Source of the DNA: an uncultured Chloroflexia bacterium
Lineage (GTDB): Bacteria; Chloroflexota; Limnocylindria; Limnocylindrales; CSP1-4
Direction of reading: 5' to 3'
Length of the DNA stretch: 64,000 nt
Assembly (NCBI GenBank): GCA_963801445.1
Contig: CAWDEW010000013.1
Location: 117,866-181,865 of the forward strand
Both the position numbers and the translations under genes were made by a program. This document shows positions 1-9,265 of the stretch, piece after piece. The first letter of the stretch is position 1, and each line of letters starts with the position of its first letter. The notes below the pieces were generated by a model. The model was not told the DNA's origin. It saw nothing but the letters and a program-made list of their open reading frames with translations, and made no database searches.

Positions 1-980
1 GCCTCACCGTCGCCGCGCCGGATGGGTCGCTCGTGGCGTCGGAGGGTTCGGCGCCGGCGTCGGGAACCGTCCGCAACATCCCGCTGCGCGCCGGTGGGGA
101 GCTGCTCGGGGAGCTGCGGGTCGGCGCGACCACGACCGGCGTGCCGCTCGGCGCCCACGACCTCGAGCTGCTCGACATGTCCGCGGAGTACGTCGCCAGC
201 GCGCTCCGGACCGGTCGCCAGGAGGACGAGCAGACGAGCGGGCTGGCCCTCCTCGCCGAGGCCCGCGCCGCGGTCGAGTCGCAGGCAGAAGCGCTGCATG
301 CCGCCCTGGCCGGGCACCGCGAGACGCCTCCGGGGATGCGCATCTTCGCGCTGGGCCCGTTGCGCGTCGAGCGGGAGGGGACGCAGATCGAGCGCTGGGG
401 CGGCAGCAAGGCCGGCAGCCGCCAGGCGCAGGGCCTGTTCGCGTTCCTCTACGACCGCGGAGAGCGCGGCGTGGCCAAGGACGAGGTCATCGAGCTCATC
501 TGGCCGGACACCGAGCTCGAGAACGCCGACGTCGCGTTCCACCGGACGATGAATGGCCTCCGGTCGACCCTCGACCCCGATCACCGCCGGGGCAGCACCC
601 CGGCAGTCCGCTTCGTGAACGACCGGTACCGGCTCGGATACTCCGTGGTCGCCTGGTCCGACGTGGACGCCTTCCAGGCCGCGCTCGATGCGGCCGCGGC
701 GGCCGACCGACCCGATCAGATGCGATTCCTCGAGGAGGCTCGGCACCTCTACCGGGGCGAGTACCTCGACGACTGCCCCTACTACGGGGACAGCTCGTTC
801 GTGGAAGAGCGCCGGGCGCTGCTGCGCGGTCGATTCGTCGATCTCATGGTCGCGATCGGGGAGCGCTACGAGACCGTCGGGGATCGAATGTCGTCTTCGG
901 CAGCGTTCCGGGAGGCCCTGCAGCGGGCGCCGGACGGGTGTCCCCCGGCCCAGGCGGGCCTCGCGCGGCTGGGACTCTGA
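1..980 (+). CDS. SARP/AfsR-family transcriptional regulator (GAF C-terminus, OmpR-type winged helix and BTAD domain); 5'-partial, the frame is open to the window start
   Basis: ORF 33..980 is open upstream to nt 3. The segment MRIFALGPLRVEREGTQIERWGG...LFAFLYDRGERGVAKDEVIELIWPD matches an OmpR/SARP DNA-binding domain. FLEEARHLYRGEYLDDCPYY...ERRALLRGRFVDLMV matches a bacterial transcriptional activation domain. Confidence 0.7.
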   Translation, partial: LTVAAPDGSLVASEGSAPASGTVRNIPLRAGGELLGELRVGATTTGVPLGAHDLELLDMSAEYVASALRTGRQEDEQTSGLALLAEARAAVESQAEALHAALAGHRETPPGMRIFALGPLRVEREGTQIERWGGSKAGSRQAQGLFAFLYDRGERGVAKDEVIELIWPDTELENADVAFHRTMNGLRSTLDPDHRRGSTPAVRFVNDRYRLGYSVVAWSDVDAFQAALDAAAAADRPDQMRFLEEARHLYRGEYLDDCPYYGDSSFVEERRALLRGRFVDLMVAIGERYETVGDRMSSSAAFREALQRAPDGCPPAQAGLARLGL

Positions 981-1235
981 GGACCGCAGAATCGCCGAAG
1001 TCTGACCGCAGTCGCTCCGGGGTGGTCGCCGCGCAAGGTGCGGGCATCAACCTCCCGCACGAGAGCGACCGCCATGTTGGCCACACCTCGAACCGGTCGG
1101 TCCAGCGACACCATCGGAGCTCCCCCCGCACCTCCGCCCGACGGGCAGGCGAGCGGCGGGCAGCCAGCTCCCGCGTTCGGGCCGCACGGCGGCGCCGACC
1201 CGGCCGATCGGCCGTCGTGCGACTGGGCGACCCGC

Positions 1236-1793
1236 ATGTACGAGCAGCATCACGCCGAGCTGTACCGGGCCGCGATGCGCGCATGCCGGGACTCCGAAGC
1301 GGCCGAGGACCTGGTCCAGGAGGCCTTCCTGCGGCTGGTGGTCGAGATCGGCCGGGACCGCACGCCCGACAATGTCCGGGCCTGGCTGCACCGGGTGATC
1401 GCCAACCTCGCCGTCTCGGCGGGCCGCCGCGCGGCCGTCAGCCAGAAGTTCGCCCCCGCCCTTGTCAACCGCGACGAGCCCGCGACGCCCGAAGCCATCG
1501 CGCTCGACGAGGAGCGACGCTCCGATCTCGCGTCCGCGCTCGACGCGCTGCCCGCCGGTGCGCGAACCGCGCTGCTGCTCGCCGCCCAGGGCTTCTCCGG
1601 GACCGAGATCGCAGCAGCCATCGGCCGGACGGACTGCGCGACGCGCACCCTCATGTGCAGGGCTCGCATCACGGTCCGCGAGCGGATGGTCGCGGCGGCC
1701 GCCGGCTCACGAGGGCCCGCCGACACGGTGCTCGTGTCCGGGCCGGCGCGATCCGCCGACGCCCGACGACCGGTGCCCGCAGCCGCCATGTGA
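1236..1793 (+). CDS. ECF (sigma-70 family) RNA polymerase sigma factor; alternative starts at 1038 or 1074
   Basis: Region 2 reads LYRAAMRACRDSEAAEDLVQEAFLRLVVEIGRDRTPDNVRAWLHRVIANLAV. Region 4 reads LDALPAGARTALLLAAQGFSGTEIAAAIGRTDCATRTLMCRAR. Its size fits ECF sigma factors. Confidence 0.65.
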   Translation: MYEQHHAELYRAAMRACRDSEAAEDLVQEAFLRLVVEIGRDRTPDNVRAWLHRVIANLAVSAGRRAAVSQKFAPALVNRDEPATPEAIALDEERRSDLASALDALPAGARTALLLAAQGFSGTEIAAAIGRTDCATRTLMCRARITVRERMVAAAAGSRGPADTVLVSGPARSADARRPVPAAAM

Positions 1794-2009
1794 TCCGGCC
1801 GCGACGGTGTCGCGTGCAGGGCCCGGGCGGTTCCGCCCCCGAGGACGGGAACTTCCGCCCGCCCCGTAGGGCGCTGCGGCCCCGGGCGCCGACGCGATCC
1901 GTCCCTACCATCGACGGGACGGGTCCTGCGGCCCATGACCTCGCATGCCTGCGAGCGCGCCGACCGTGTCTCGCGCGCTTCTCTTCTGAGCTGAACTGGA
2001 AGAGGGCTG

Positions 2010-2501
2010 ATGCCCATCCTGCACGCCAAGCCGGTCGCGCCAAGCGACGACAAGCGCTGGAAGATCGTCGAGACCCGGATGCGTCGGCTCGGCGATCGCC
2101 CGGAGGCCCTGATCGAGGCGCTCCACGCCGCCCAGGAGGCGTTCGGCTACCTCGACGCCGGGGCGCTCCACTTCGTCGGTGACACCCTCGGGGTCCCCCA
2201 CTCCCGGGTGTTCGGGGTCGCGACCTTCTACTCGTTCTTCACCCTGAAGCCCCAGGGCGAGCACACCTGCGTGGTCTGCACCGGGACGGCCTGCTACATC
2301 AACGGCGCGAAGGAGATCCTCACGACGCTCGAGAGGGATCTCCACGTCCGGCCCAGGGAGACCACCGGCGACGGCAAGGTCTCGCTGCTGACCGCGCGCT
2401 GCCTGGGCGCGTGCAGCCTGGCGCCGGCCGTGATCGTCGATGGCGACGTCAGGGGCAAGGTGAGCGCGGGCGAGCTCGTTGCCCAGCTGGAGGCGATGTG
2501 A
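2010..2501 (+). CDS. hoxE: Bidirectional NAD-reducing [NiFe] hydrogenase diaphorase subunit HoxE (NuoE-like 2Fe-2S)
   Basis: NuoE/24-kDa-like sequence with Cys pattern CVVCTGTACYING...CLGACSLAP. It is first in the hoxEFUYH order. Confidence 0.85.
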   Translation: MPILHAKPVAPSDDKRWKIVETRMRRLGDRPEALIEALHAAQEAFGYLDAGALHFVGDTLGVPHSRVFGVATFYSFFTLKPQGEHTCVVCTGTACYINGAKEILTTLERDLHVRPRETTGDGKVSLLTARCLGACSLAPAVIVDGDVRGKVSAGELVAQLEAM

Positions 2502-2506
2502 GCGAG

Positions 2507-4153
2507 ATGCCCGCCGCGGCCCGGCCCATCCGCCGCCGCGTGATCACGGAGGAAGCCCACGATGGCCCTTTCCGCGCTTCCGCGTACGTGTGCGAGGCCG
2601 CGAGCTGCATGTCGGCGCAGTCCCACGAGATCACCACGAGCCTGAGCGAGCGCGTCGCCGAAGCCGGCCTGGGCGACGTGGTCGTCAAGCGCGTCGGCTG
2701 CCTCGGCCTGTGCGCGGCCGGCCCGCTCGTCGAGATTCCCCAGACCGGCCAGCTCTTCGAGCGCGTCCGGCCCGACGATCTCGCAGGGGTCCTCAAGGCC
2801 CTCAGGAAGGTGAAGGCGACCGACGCGCGCAGGCCGCAGGGCCCGTTCTTCGAGAAGCAGGTCCGGGTGGCCACCGAGAACATGGGCCGGATCGATCCCG
2901 AGAGCCTCGACGACTACCTCGAGCGGGGCGGGTACGAGGCCCTCCGCAAGGTTCTCGCGGACATGACCTCCACCTCGGTCCGCGAGGAGATCACCCGCAG
3001 TGGCCTGCGCGGCCGCGGCGGCGCCGGATACCCGACGGGCCTGAAGTGGACGACGGTCGCCAAGGCCGCCGGCGCGAAGAAGTACGTGATCTGCAACGCT
3101 GACGAGGGCGACCCCGGCGCGTTCATGGACCGGAGCGTCCTGGAGAGCGACCCGTATCGCGTCCTCGAGGGGATGGCCATCGCGGCCTTCGCCGTGCATG
3201 CCACCGAGGGCTACATCTACTGCCGGGCGGAGTACCCGCTGGCGGTTGCCCGCCTCCGGACCGCGATCCGCAACGCCCAGCGCGCCGGGTACCTGGGGGC
3301 CGGCATCGCCGACACCTCGTTCACCTTCGACGTGCAGATCCGGCTCGGCGCCGGCGCCTTCGTGTGCGGCGAGGAGACCGCCCTGATCGCGTCGGTCGAG
3401 GGTCGGCGCGGGACCCCCCGGCCGCGTCCGCCGTACCCCGCGGTCGAGGGCCTGTGGGGCTGCCCCACCCTGATCAACAACGTCGAGACCTTCGCGAACG
3501 TGCCCGCGATCATCCGCAGGGGCGCCGAGTGGTACGCCGGGATCGGCGTCGGCAAGAGCAAGGGCACCAAGGTCTTCGCCCTGGCCGGTCGCATCGTCAA
3601 CACCGGCCTGGTCGAGGTTCCGATGGGGATGACCCTCCGGGAGATCATCTACGACATCGGCGGCGGGATCGTGGACGGCCGTCCGTTCAAGGCGGTTCAG
3701 ACCGGCGGCCCGTCGGGCGGGTGCATCCCCGCCGACCTCCTGGACATGTCGGTCAGCTACGAGTCGCTCATCGAGGCCGGCTCGTTCATGGGATCGGGCG
3801 GCATGATCGTGATGGATGACACGTCGTGCATGGTCGACGTCGCCAAGTACTTCCAGGACTTCTGCCGCGACGAGTCGTGCGGCAAGTGCGTCCCCTGCCG
3901 GGTCGGCACGACCCAGATGTACATGCTCCTCGACTCGATCACCCGGGGCGAGGCGACCCTCGAGTCCCTCGCCCAGCTGGAGCGGCTGGCCGGGATCGTC
4001 CAGCGCATGTCGCTGTGCGGGCTCGGCCAGGGGGCACCGAACCCGATCTTCAGCACGCTGCGCTACTTCCGGGACGAGTACCTCGCCCACATCGTGGACA
4101 GGGTCTGCCCCGCCGGCGTGTGCACGATCACGCCGGTGGAGGTGCTGGCATGA
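2507..4153 (+). CDS. hoxF: Hydrogenase diaphorase subunit HoxF (NuoF-like; FMN/NAD-binding, 4Fe-4S)
   Basis: NuoF motifs GRGGAGYPTG, GAGAFVCGEETALIASVEG and CGKCVPCRVG. The start follows hoxE closely. Confidence 0.9.
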   Translation: MPAAARPIRRRVITEEAHDGPFRASAYVCEAASCMSAQSHEITTSLSERVAEAGLGDVVVKRVGCLGLCAAGPLVEIPQTGQLFERVRPDDLAGVLKALRKVKATDARRPQGPFFEKQVRVATENMGRIDPESLDDYLERGGYEALRKVLADMTSTSVREEITRSGLRGRGGAGYPTGLKWTTVAKAAGAKKYVICNADEGDPGAFMDRSVLESDPYRVLEGMAIAAFAVHATEGYIYCRAEYPLAVARLRTAIRNAQRAGYLGAGIADTSFTFDVQIRLGAGAFVCGEETALIASVEGRRGTPRPRPPYPAVEGLWGCPTLINNVETFANVPAIIRRGAEWYAGIGVGKSKGTKVFALAGRIVNTGLVEVPMGMTLREIIYDIGGGIVDGRPFKAVQTGGPSGGCIPADLLDMSVSYESLIEAGSFMGSGGMIVMDDTSCMVDVAKYFQDFCRDESCGKCVPCRVGTTQMYMLLDSITRGEATLESLAQLERLAGIVQRMSLCGLGQGAPNPIFSTLRYFRDEYLAHIVDRVCPAGVCTITPVEVLA

Positions 4154-4866
4154 GCGCCGTCTTCACGTTCCGGATCGACGGCCGGGACGTCGCGGGTGCG
4201 GAAGGCCAGACCATCACGGAGGTGGCCGAGGAGAACGGGATCGACATCCCGGGCCTCTGCCACCTCGAGGGGATCCACGACCGGGGCGCCTGCCGCCTGT
4301 GCATGGTCGAGATCGCCGGTTCCCCGAAGCTGGCCGCGGCCTGCATGACGAAGGTCGCCGAGGGGATGGACGTCACGGCCCATTCCGAGGGCCTCCTCGA
4401 ATACCGCCGGGCGGTCACCGAGATGCTGTTCGTGGAGCGCAACCACGTCTGCGCGGTCTGCGTCGCGAACAACCATTGCGAGCTGCAGGACCTCGCCGAG
4501 GACCTGGAGCTCACCCACTTCGACCTTCCCCGGATCAGCCCGCTCGTCGGGATCGACGCGAGCCACCGGCTCTTCGCCATCGACCACAACCGCTGCATCC
4601 TGTGCCTCCGCTGCGTCCGCGTGTGCGACGAGATCGAGGGCGCCCACACCTGGGACGTCATGCACCGGGGCCTCGAGACCCGGGTCCAGACGGACATGGG
4701 CATCCCGTGGGGCGAATCCCCGACCTGCACGAGCTGCGGCAAGTGCGTCCAGGTCTGCCCGACCGGCGCCCTCTTCGAGAAGGGCCGCCCGGTTGCCGGC
4801 GGCAGCAAGAACAAGCGCCCCTTCCTGCCCTGGCTGAAGGTCGTGCAGGAGGAGCGCGGGCTGTGA
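4150..4866 (+). CDS. hoxU: Hydrogenase diaphorase subunit HoxU (NuoG-like 2Fe-2S/4Fe-4S ferredoxin)
   Basis: N-terminal 2Fe-2S motif (CHLEGIHDRGACRLCMVEI) plus several CxxC clusters (CAVCVANNHCE, CILCLRCVRVC, CTSCGKCVQVC). ATGA overlap with hoxF. Confidence 0.85.
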   Translation: MSAVFTFRIDGRDVAGAEGQTITEVAEENGIDIPGLCHLEGIHDRGACRLCMVEIAGSPKLAAACMTKVAEGMDVTAHSEGLLEYRRAVTEMLFVERNHVCAVCVANNHCELQDLAEDLELTHFDLPRISPLVGIDASHRLFAIDHNRCILCLRCVRVCDEIEGAHTWDVMHRGLETRVQTDMGIPWGESPTCTSCGKCVQVCPTGALFEKGRPVAGGSKNKRPFLPWLKVVQEERGL

Positions 4867-5393
4867 GCAGGCCGCGGATCGCGACGGTCTGGCTGGACGG
4901 CTGCTCGGGCTGCCACATGTCGCTCCTCGACCTCGACGAGCGCCTGCTCGACATCTTCGAGCGGGCCGACCTCGTCTTCAGCCCGCTCGTCGACTGCAAG
5001 GAGTACCCGGAGGACGTGGACGTCTGCCTCGTCGAAGGGGCAGTTTCGAGCACGGACGACCTCGAACGGATCCTGATGGTCCGGGAGCGGACGAAGACGA
5101 TCGTCGCCTTCGGCGACTGCGCGGTCACGTCCAACGTCCCGGGCATGCGCAACCCCATCGGGCCGCTGCCGCTCCTGGAACGGGCGTACCTGGAGAACGT
5201 GACGATCAACCCGATGATCCCGGACCAGGTCGTCCCGAGGCTGCTGCCCACGGTTCGACCGGTCCACCGGGTGGTGAAGGTGGACGTCTTCCTGCCCGGC
5301 TGCCCACCTTCCGCCGACCTCATCTACACGCTGCTCGACGACCTGCTGGCCGGTCGCGTCCCGGACGCGGCGGGCGCCCGGTTCGGCCGCTGA
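4863..5393 (+). CDS. hoxY: [NiFe] hydrogenase small subunit HoxY
   Basis: VWLDGCSGCHMSLLDL and FGDCA small-subunit motifs. GTG start overlaps the hoxU stop. Confidence 0.85.
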   Translation: MSRPRIATVWLDGCSGCHMSLLDLDERLLDIFERADLVFSPLVDCKEYPEDVDVCLVEGAVSSTDDLERILMVRERTKTIVAFGDCAVTSNVPGMRNPIGPLPLLERAYLENVTINPMIPDQVVPRLLPTVRPVHRVVKVDVFLPGCPPSADLIYTLLDDLLAGRVPDAAGARFGR

Positions 5394-5403
5394 CGGGAGC
5401 CCC

Positions 5404-6825
5404 ATGAGCCAGACCATCGTCATCGACCCGGTCACCCGGATCGAAGGCCACTCCAGGATCACGATCCAGCTCGACGAGCGCGGCGAGGTCGTCGACGCCC
5501 GCTTCCACGTCACCCAGTTCCGCGGCTTCGAGCGGATCACCCAGGGCCGCCCGGTCCACGAGATGCCGGCGATCATGGCCCGCATCTGCGGCATCTGCCC
5601 GGTGAGCCACCTGATCGCGTCGTCCAAGGCGGTCGACGACATCCTGGCCGTCGAGCCGTCGCCAACCGGCGCGGACCTGCGCCGGATCATCAACCTGGGC
5701 CAGATCGTCCAGTCGAATGCCCTGTCGTTCTTCCACCTGTCCTCGCCGGACCTGCTGTTCGGATTCGACGCGGACCCGGCCGAGCGGAACATCGTCGCCC
5801 TGGCCCGGGCGAACCCGCAGCTGGCCAGGGACGGCATCGGCCTCCGCAAGTGGGGCCAGCAGATCATCGAGTGGGTGGGCGGCAAGCGCATCCACCCCAC
5901 CTGGATCGTGCCCGGGGGCGTGGCGGAGCCGCTGACCGCCGAGGTCCGTGACCGGATCCTCGCCGGCGTGCCCGAGGCGCTCGCGGCCGTGGAGCGGGCG
6001 ATCGCCTGGTACAAGACGGACATGCTCCGCTGGGAGGAGGAGGCCGCGACGTTCGGCAACTTCCGCTCGGCGTTCATGGGCCTCGTCGACCGCCAGGGCA
6101 ACGTCGACCACTACGGCGGCTGGCTCCGGGTCGTCGACGCCGACGGCAACTACCTCGCCGACAGGATCGACCCGAAGCTCTTCAACGACTACATCGGCGA
6201 GGCCGTCGAGCCCTGGACGTTCCTCAAGACGACCTACTGGAAGCCGATGGGCTACCCGGACGGCATCTATCGCGTGGGGCCGCTGGCGCGGCTCAACGTG
6301 GCCGACCGGATGGGCACGCCGCGCGCCGACGAGGAGCTCCAGAAGTTCCGCTGGCGCGTGGGTCGCGTGGCGGGCTCGTCGTTCCACTACCACTACGCCC
6401 GCCTCATCGACACGCTCCACGGCATCGAGAAGATCGAGGAGCTCCTGCGGGGCCCGGAGATCCTCTCGAAGCACGTCCGCTCCCGGGCCGAGGTCAACCG
6501 GCGCGAGGGAATCGGCGTCGCCGAAGCGCCCCGGGGCACCCTGATGCACCACTACCGGGTGGACGACGACGGCATCGTCGAGTGGGCGAACCTGATCATC
6601 GCCACCGGCCACAACAACATGGCCATGAATCGAGCCGTCCTCCAGGTCGCCCGACACCACGTCAAGGGCGACGCGCTCACCGAGCCGATGCTCAATCGCG
6701 TGGAGGCGGTCATCCGCTGCTACGACCCCTGCCTCAGCTGCTCCACCCACGCCCTGGGCGAGATGCCGCTGCGGATCCAGCTGCTGGGCCCCGACGGCAC
6801 CGTCCTCGACGAGCTGGCCCGGTGA
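5404..6825 (+). CDS. hoxH: [NiFe] hydrogenase large subunit HoxH (group 3d)
   Basis: N-terminal RICGICPVSH and C-terminal DPCLSCSTH Ni-binding motifs. A C-terminal extension follows the His, as expected for endopeptidase processing. Confidence 0.9.
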   Translation: MSQTIVIDPVTRIEGHSRITIQLDERGEVVDARFHVTQFRGFERITQGRPVHEMPAIMARICGICPVSHLIASSKAVDDILAVEPSPTGADLRRIINLGQIVQSNALSFFHLSSPDLLFGFDADPAERNIVALARANPQLARDGIGLRKWGQQIIEWVGGKRIHPTWIVPGGVAEPLTAEVRDRILAGVPEALAAVERAIAWYKTDMLRWEEEAATFGNFRSAFMGLVDRQGNVDHYGGWLRVVDADGNYLADRIDPKLFNDYIGEAVEPWTFLKTTYWKPMGYPDGIYRVGPLARLNVADRMGTPRADEELQKFRWRVGRVAGSSFHYHYARLIDTLHGIEKIEELLRGPEILSKHVRSRAEVNRREGIGVAEAPRGTLMHHYRVDDDGIVEWANLIIATGHNNMAMNRAVLQVARHHVKGDALTEPMLNRVEAVIRCYDPCLSCSTHALGEMPLRIQLLGPDGTVLDELAR

Positions 6826-7397
6826 GAGCCGGCGAGGCCCGCACGTCACGGGCGGGCACGCCTGGTGAGCGCGGGTCGAGCGCGGGCCCGCGCGGTTGCG
6901 CCGGGGTCCTCGTCGTTGGCTACGGCAGTGTGCTGCGCGGTGACGACGCGCTGGGCTGGCACGCCGTGGCGCGCCTCGCCCGGGACCCGCGGCTGGACGG
7001 TGCCCGCGTCTCCTGGACGCACCAGCTGACCCCGGAGCTGGCCGACGAGATCGCCGGTTGCTCGCTCCTGGTCCTGGTCGACGCAGCGGCCGGCACGGTT
7101 CCCGGCGCGCTCCAGGTCCGGCGCCTGGGCTCGGCCGGTGCGGGCAGTGCGGCCGGCGCGAGGGGTGCCGCAGGCGCGGCGGGTAGGCCCGGCGCGGCCC
7201 TGACCCACCATGTGGCACCGGAGAGCCTGCTCGGCCTCGCCCGGGAGCTGTACGGTTCCGCACCCGAAGCGTGGGTCGTGAGCGTCGGCGCAGCTGGGTT
7301 GGACATCGGGGACGGCCTGTCACCCGCCGTCGAGGCAGCGCTGCCGGCCGTGATCGATGCCGTTGCCGGCATCATCGGAAGGCGCGTCCATGCATGA
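6822..7397 (+). CDS. hoxW: Hydrogenase maturation endopeptidase (HoxW/HycI family); start uncertain
   Basis: VLVVGYGSVLRGDDALGWH matches the HybD/HoxW N-terminal motif. GTGA overlap with the hoxH stop. Contains a Gly/Ala-rich insertion. Confidence 0.7.
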   Translation: MRAGEARTSRAGTPGERGSSAGPRGCAGVLVVGYGSVLRGDDALGWHAVARLARDPRLDGARVSWTHQLTPELADEIAGCSLLVLVDAAAGTVPGALQVRRLGSAGAGSAAGARGAAGAAGRPGAALTHHVAPESLLGLARELYGSAPEAWVVSVGAAGLDIGDGLSPAVEAALPAVIDAVAGIIGRRVHA

Positions 7398-7731
7398 GGT
7401 CTCGCTGGTCGCCGACCTGATCGGCGAGGTCCGCAGGCGGGCCGGCGGCGCGCCGGTGGAGCAGATCCGGGTCCGCCACGCAACGACGATCCCGGACGAT
7501 GTGGTGCGCCAGGCGTTCACGCTGCTGACCCAGGGCGACCCGCTGGCCCTTGCCGCGCTCGAGGTCGAGCCGTTCGAGATCCGCCTCGCCTGCCCGTGCG
7601 GATTCGACGGCCCGCTCGGCCACGACGACGTGGTCGGCGCGACGATGGTCGTCTGCCCCTCGTGCGGGGAGCTCCGGCGGACGCCCCCGACCTCGGAGCT
7701 GGAGCTCCTGGAGGTTCGAACCGGCTCCTGA
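7390..7731 (+). CDS. hypA: Hydrogenase nickel-incorporation protein HypA
   Basis: MHEVSL N-terminus and a CPCG...CPSCG zinc-ribbon, as in HypA/HybF. Overlaps the hoxW 3' end. Confidence 0.8.
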   Translation: MHEVSLVADLIGEVRRRAGGAPVEQIRVRHATTIPDDVVRQAFTLLTQGDPLALAALEVEPFEIRLACPCGFDGPLGHDDVVGATMVVCPSCGELRRTPPTSELELLEVRTGS

Positions 7732-7799
7732 GGTGGCCCCGGGTCGCCGGCCTCGGGCGGCCCGGGCGCGGGTGCCTTCGGAGCGAGCTCCGGAAATGC

Positions 7800-8046
7800 G
7801 ATGCCTTGCGCCGCATCACTGGCGCGGTCGGCGGGCGCCTGGGCGGATCTGAGCGCAGGCGCGGCATCGCCGGTTCGGCCGGCGGAGATGGTCCTTCTGA
7901 AACGCGATGCCTTGCGCGGCATCACTGGCGCTGTCGGCGGGCGCCTGGGCGGATCTGAGCGCAGGCGCGGCATCGCCGGTTCGGCCGGCGGGAGATGGTC
8001 CTTCTGAAACGCGATGCCTTGCGCGGCATCACCGACGTGGTCGGCC
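7800..8046. repeat. Tandem direct repeat, unit ~106 bp, ~2.3 copies; each unit begins with the hairpin gatgccttgcgc(g/c)gcatc
   Basis: Units at approximately 7800-7905 and 7906-8012, plus a partial unit from ~8013. They are near-identical, differing by a 1-nt indel and a few substitutions. The repeat sits between hypA and the next gene. Confidence 0.8.
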
Positions 8047-8069
8047 GGGCACAGGGGTTCGGAGCGCGC

Positions 8070-9027
8070 CTACGGGGCGGCGTGGAGCTCGGCGATAGGC
8101 CATTCGCTCTCGGGCGTCGTGACGACGTCGTTGAACGCAGACGGGGCGCCGGGCGTGGGCGCGGGGACCTTCAGCCCGAGGTAGTCGATCCCTGTCGCAG
8201 GGTCCGTGAAGAAGTACCCGTCCAGGGAGCCCCCCGCCATCGAAGTTGGGAACGACCACCAGCTGTCCTCGTGGAACGTGGGACAGCTGCCATCTGCCCG
8301 ATGGACGACCCCGTTCTCGCCGATGTGCCCGACCAGCGAGAAGGTCAGCAGGGCGAACGGCCCTCCCGAGGTGGTCGGCGCCGGGGCGCTCTCGTCGACG
8401 ATCAGCTGGATCGTCGCCGTTTCCTCGACGCTCGGGTTCCAGGTGGGCGCCGCCCCGAATCCGAAGCCGCCCTCGCCCGTGTAGGCCTCCGTCCACTTCG
8501 TGCAGTCGGTGCCCTGGGCGAACCCGGTCCCGTGGATCGACCACGAGCCCGCGTCATCCACCCAGACGGTCCGGGTGGCGTCCGATTGCGCCGGATCGAC
8601 CTTGAGTCGCACGTTCATGTCCCCGGCAACCTCGTGCGTCTTCGCCAGCCCATCCTGCTCCGTGGTCGCGTAGCGCTCGAGATAGATCACCGTCCCGGTC
8701 AACAGGGTGGGCAGGTGTCCCGACCAGCTCGTCGGGACCGGCCGCAGCGACGCGCCGGAGGACGCCCCGGGCGAGGACCCCGACGAGGAGCCAGGGGTGC
8801 CTGCAGGGGTCTCCCCGGGCGACGCCGCGAGCGAGCTGGTCGGTCCGGGTGCGCCGACCGCTCGCGCCGCCGACCCCACCAGCTCGGGTCGGGGCCGGCG
8901 TGCCGCTCGAGCCGCCCGGAGGTCCGGCCCCGCCCTGGCTCCCGGCCGGGGATCCGCCGGCGCACCCGGCGATCGAGAGGGCGGCCATCCAGGCTATCCA
9001 CGAACGGCCGGGGACACGTCGCGACAT
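8070..9027 (-). pseudogene. Putative lipoprotein whose signal peptide and mature domain lie in different frames (frameshift, or sequencing error in a G-run)
   Basis: The frame starting at 9027 encodes MSRRVPGRSWIAWMAALSIAGCAGG (signal plus lipobox) and then turns Arg-rich nonsense. The frame of ORF 8070..8879 encodes a plausible Gly/Ser/Pro linker and a globular domain but has no signal peptide. Confidence 0.4.
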
Positions 9028-9265
9028 GGCGACCTCGGGCTGATCGCGCCGGGAGGTTCGAGGCGACCAACGGTATCGCCTGCGCCCGCGGTGTCAACAG
9101 GCGGCCCGCCATCCGGCGGCTTGCGAACGGCAGCCTCGCAACCGCCGGTCCCACGCCCGGGCGGGGGGGCCACTTGCGCCCCCGTCGTACACTCCCATAC
9201 CGGTCGAGCGGGTGCGTGCCACGGGGACGCGCGCGGTGGCCGGAGCACGAGGCGTGCGAACGACG

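Noticed and set aside
938-7323. Series of long antisense or alternate-frame ORFs across the hox operon (e.g. 938..2182+, 2294..4090-, 4128..6101-, 5320..7323-)
   Set aside because: Low-complexity Arg/Pro/Gly-rich translations that overlap hox genes carrying diagnostic hydrogenase motifs. They are GC-bias artefacts.
7550-8098. Small ORFs (7550..7852, 7596..7958, 7801..8007, 7907..8098) reading through the 106-bp tandem repeat
   Set aside because: They are the same repeat translated in shifted frames and show no coding periodicity independent of the repeat. Treated as non-coding repeat DNA.
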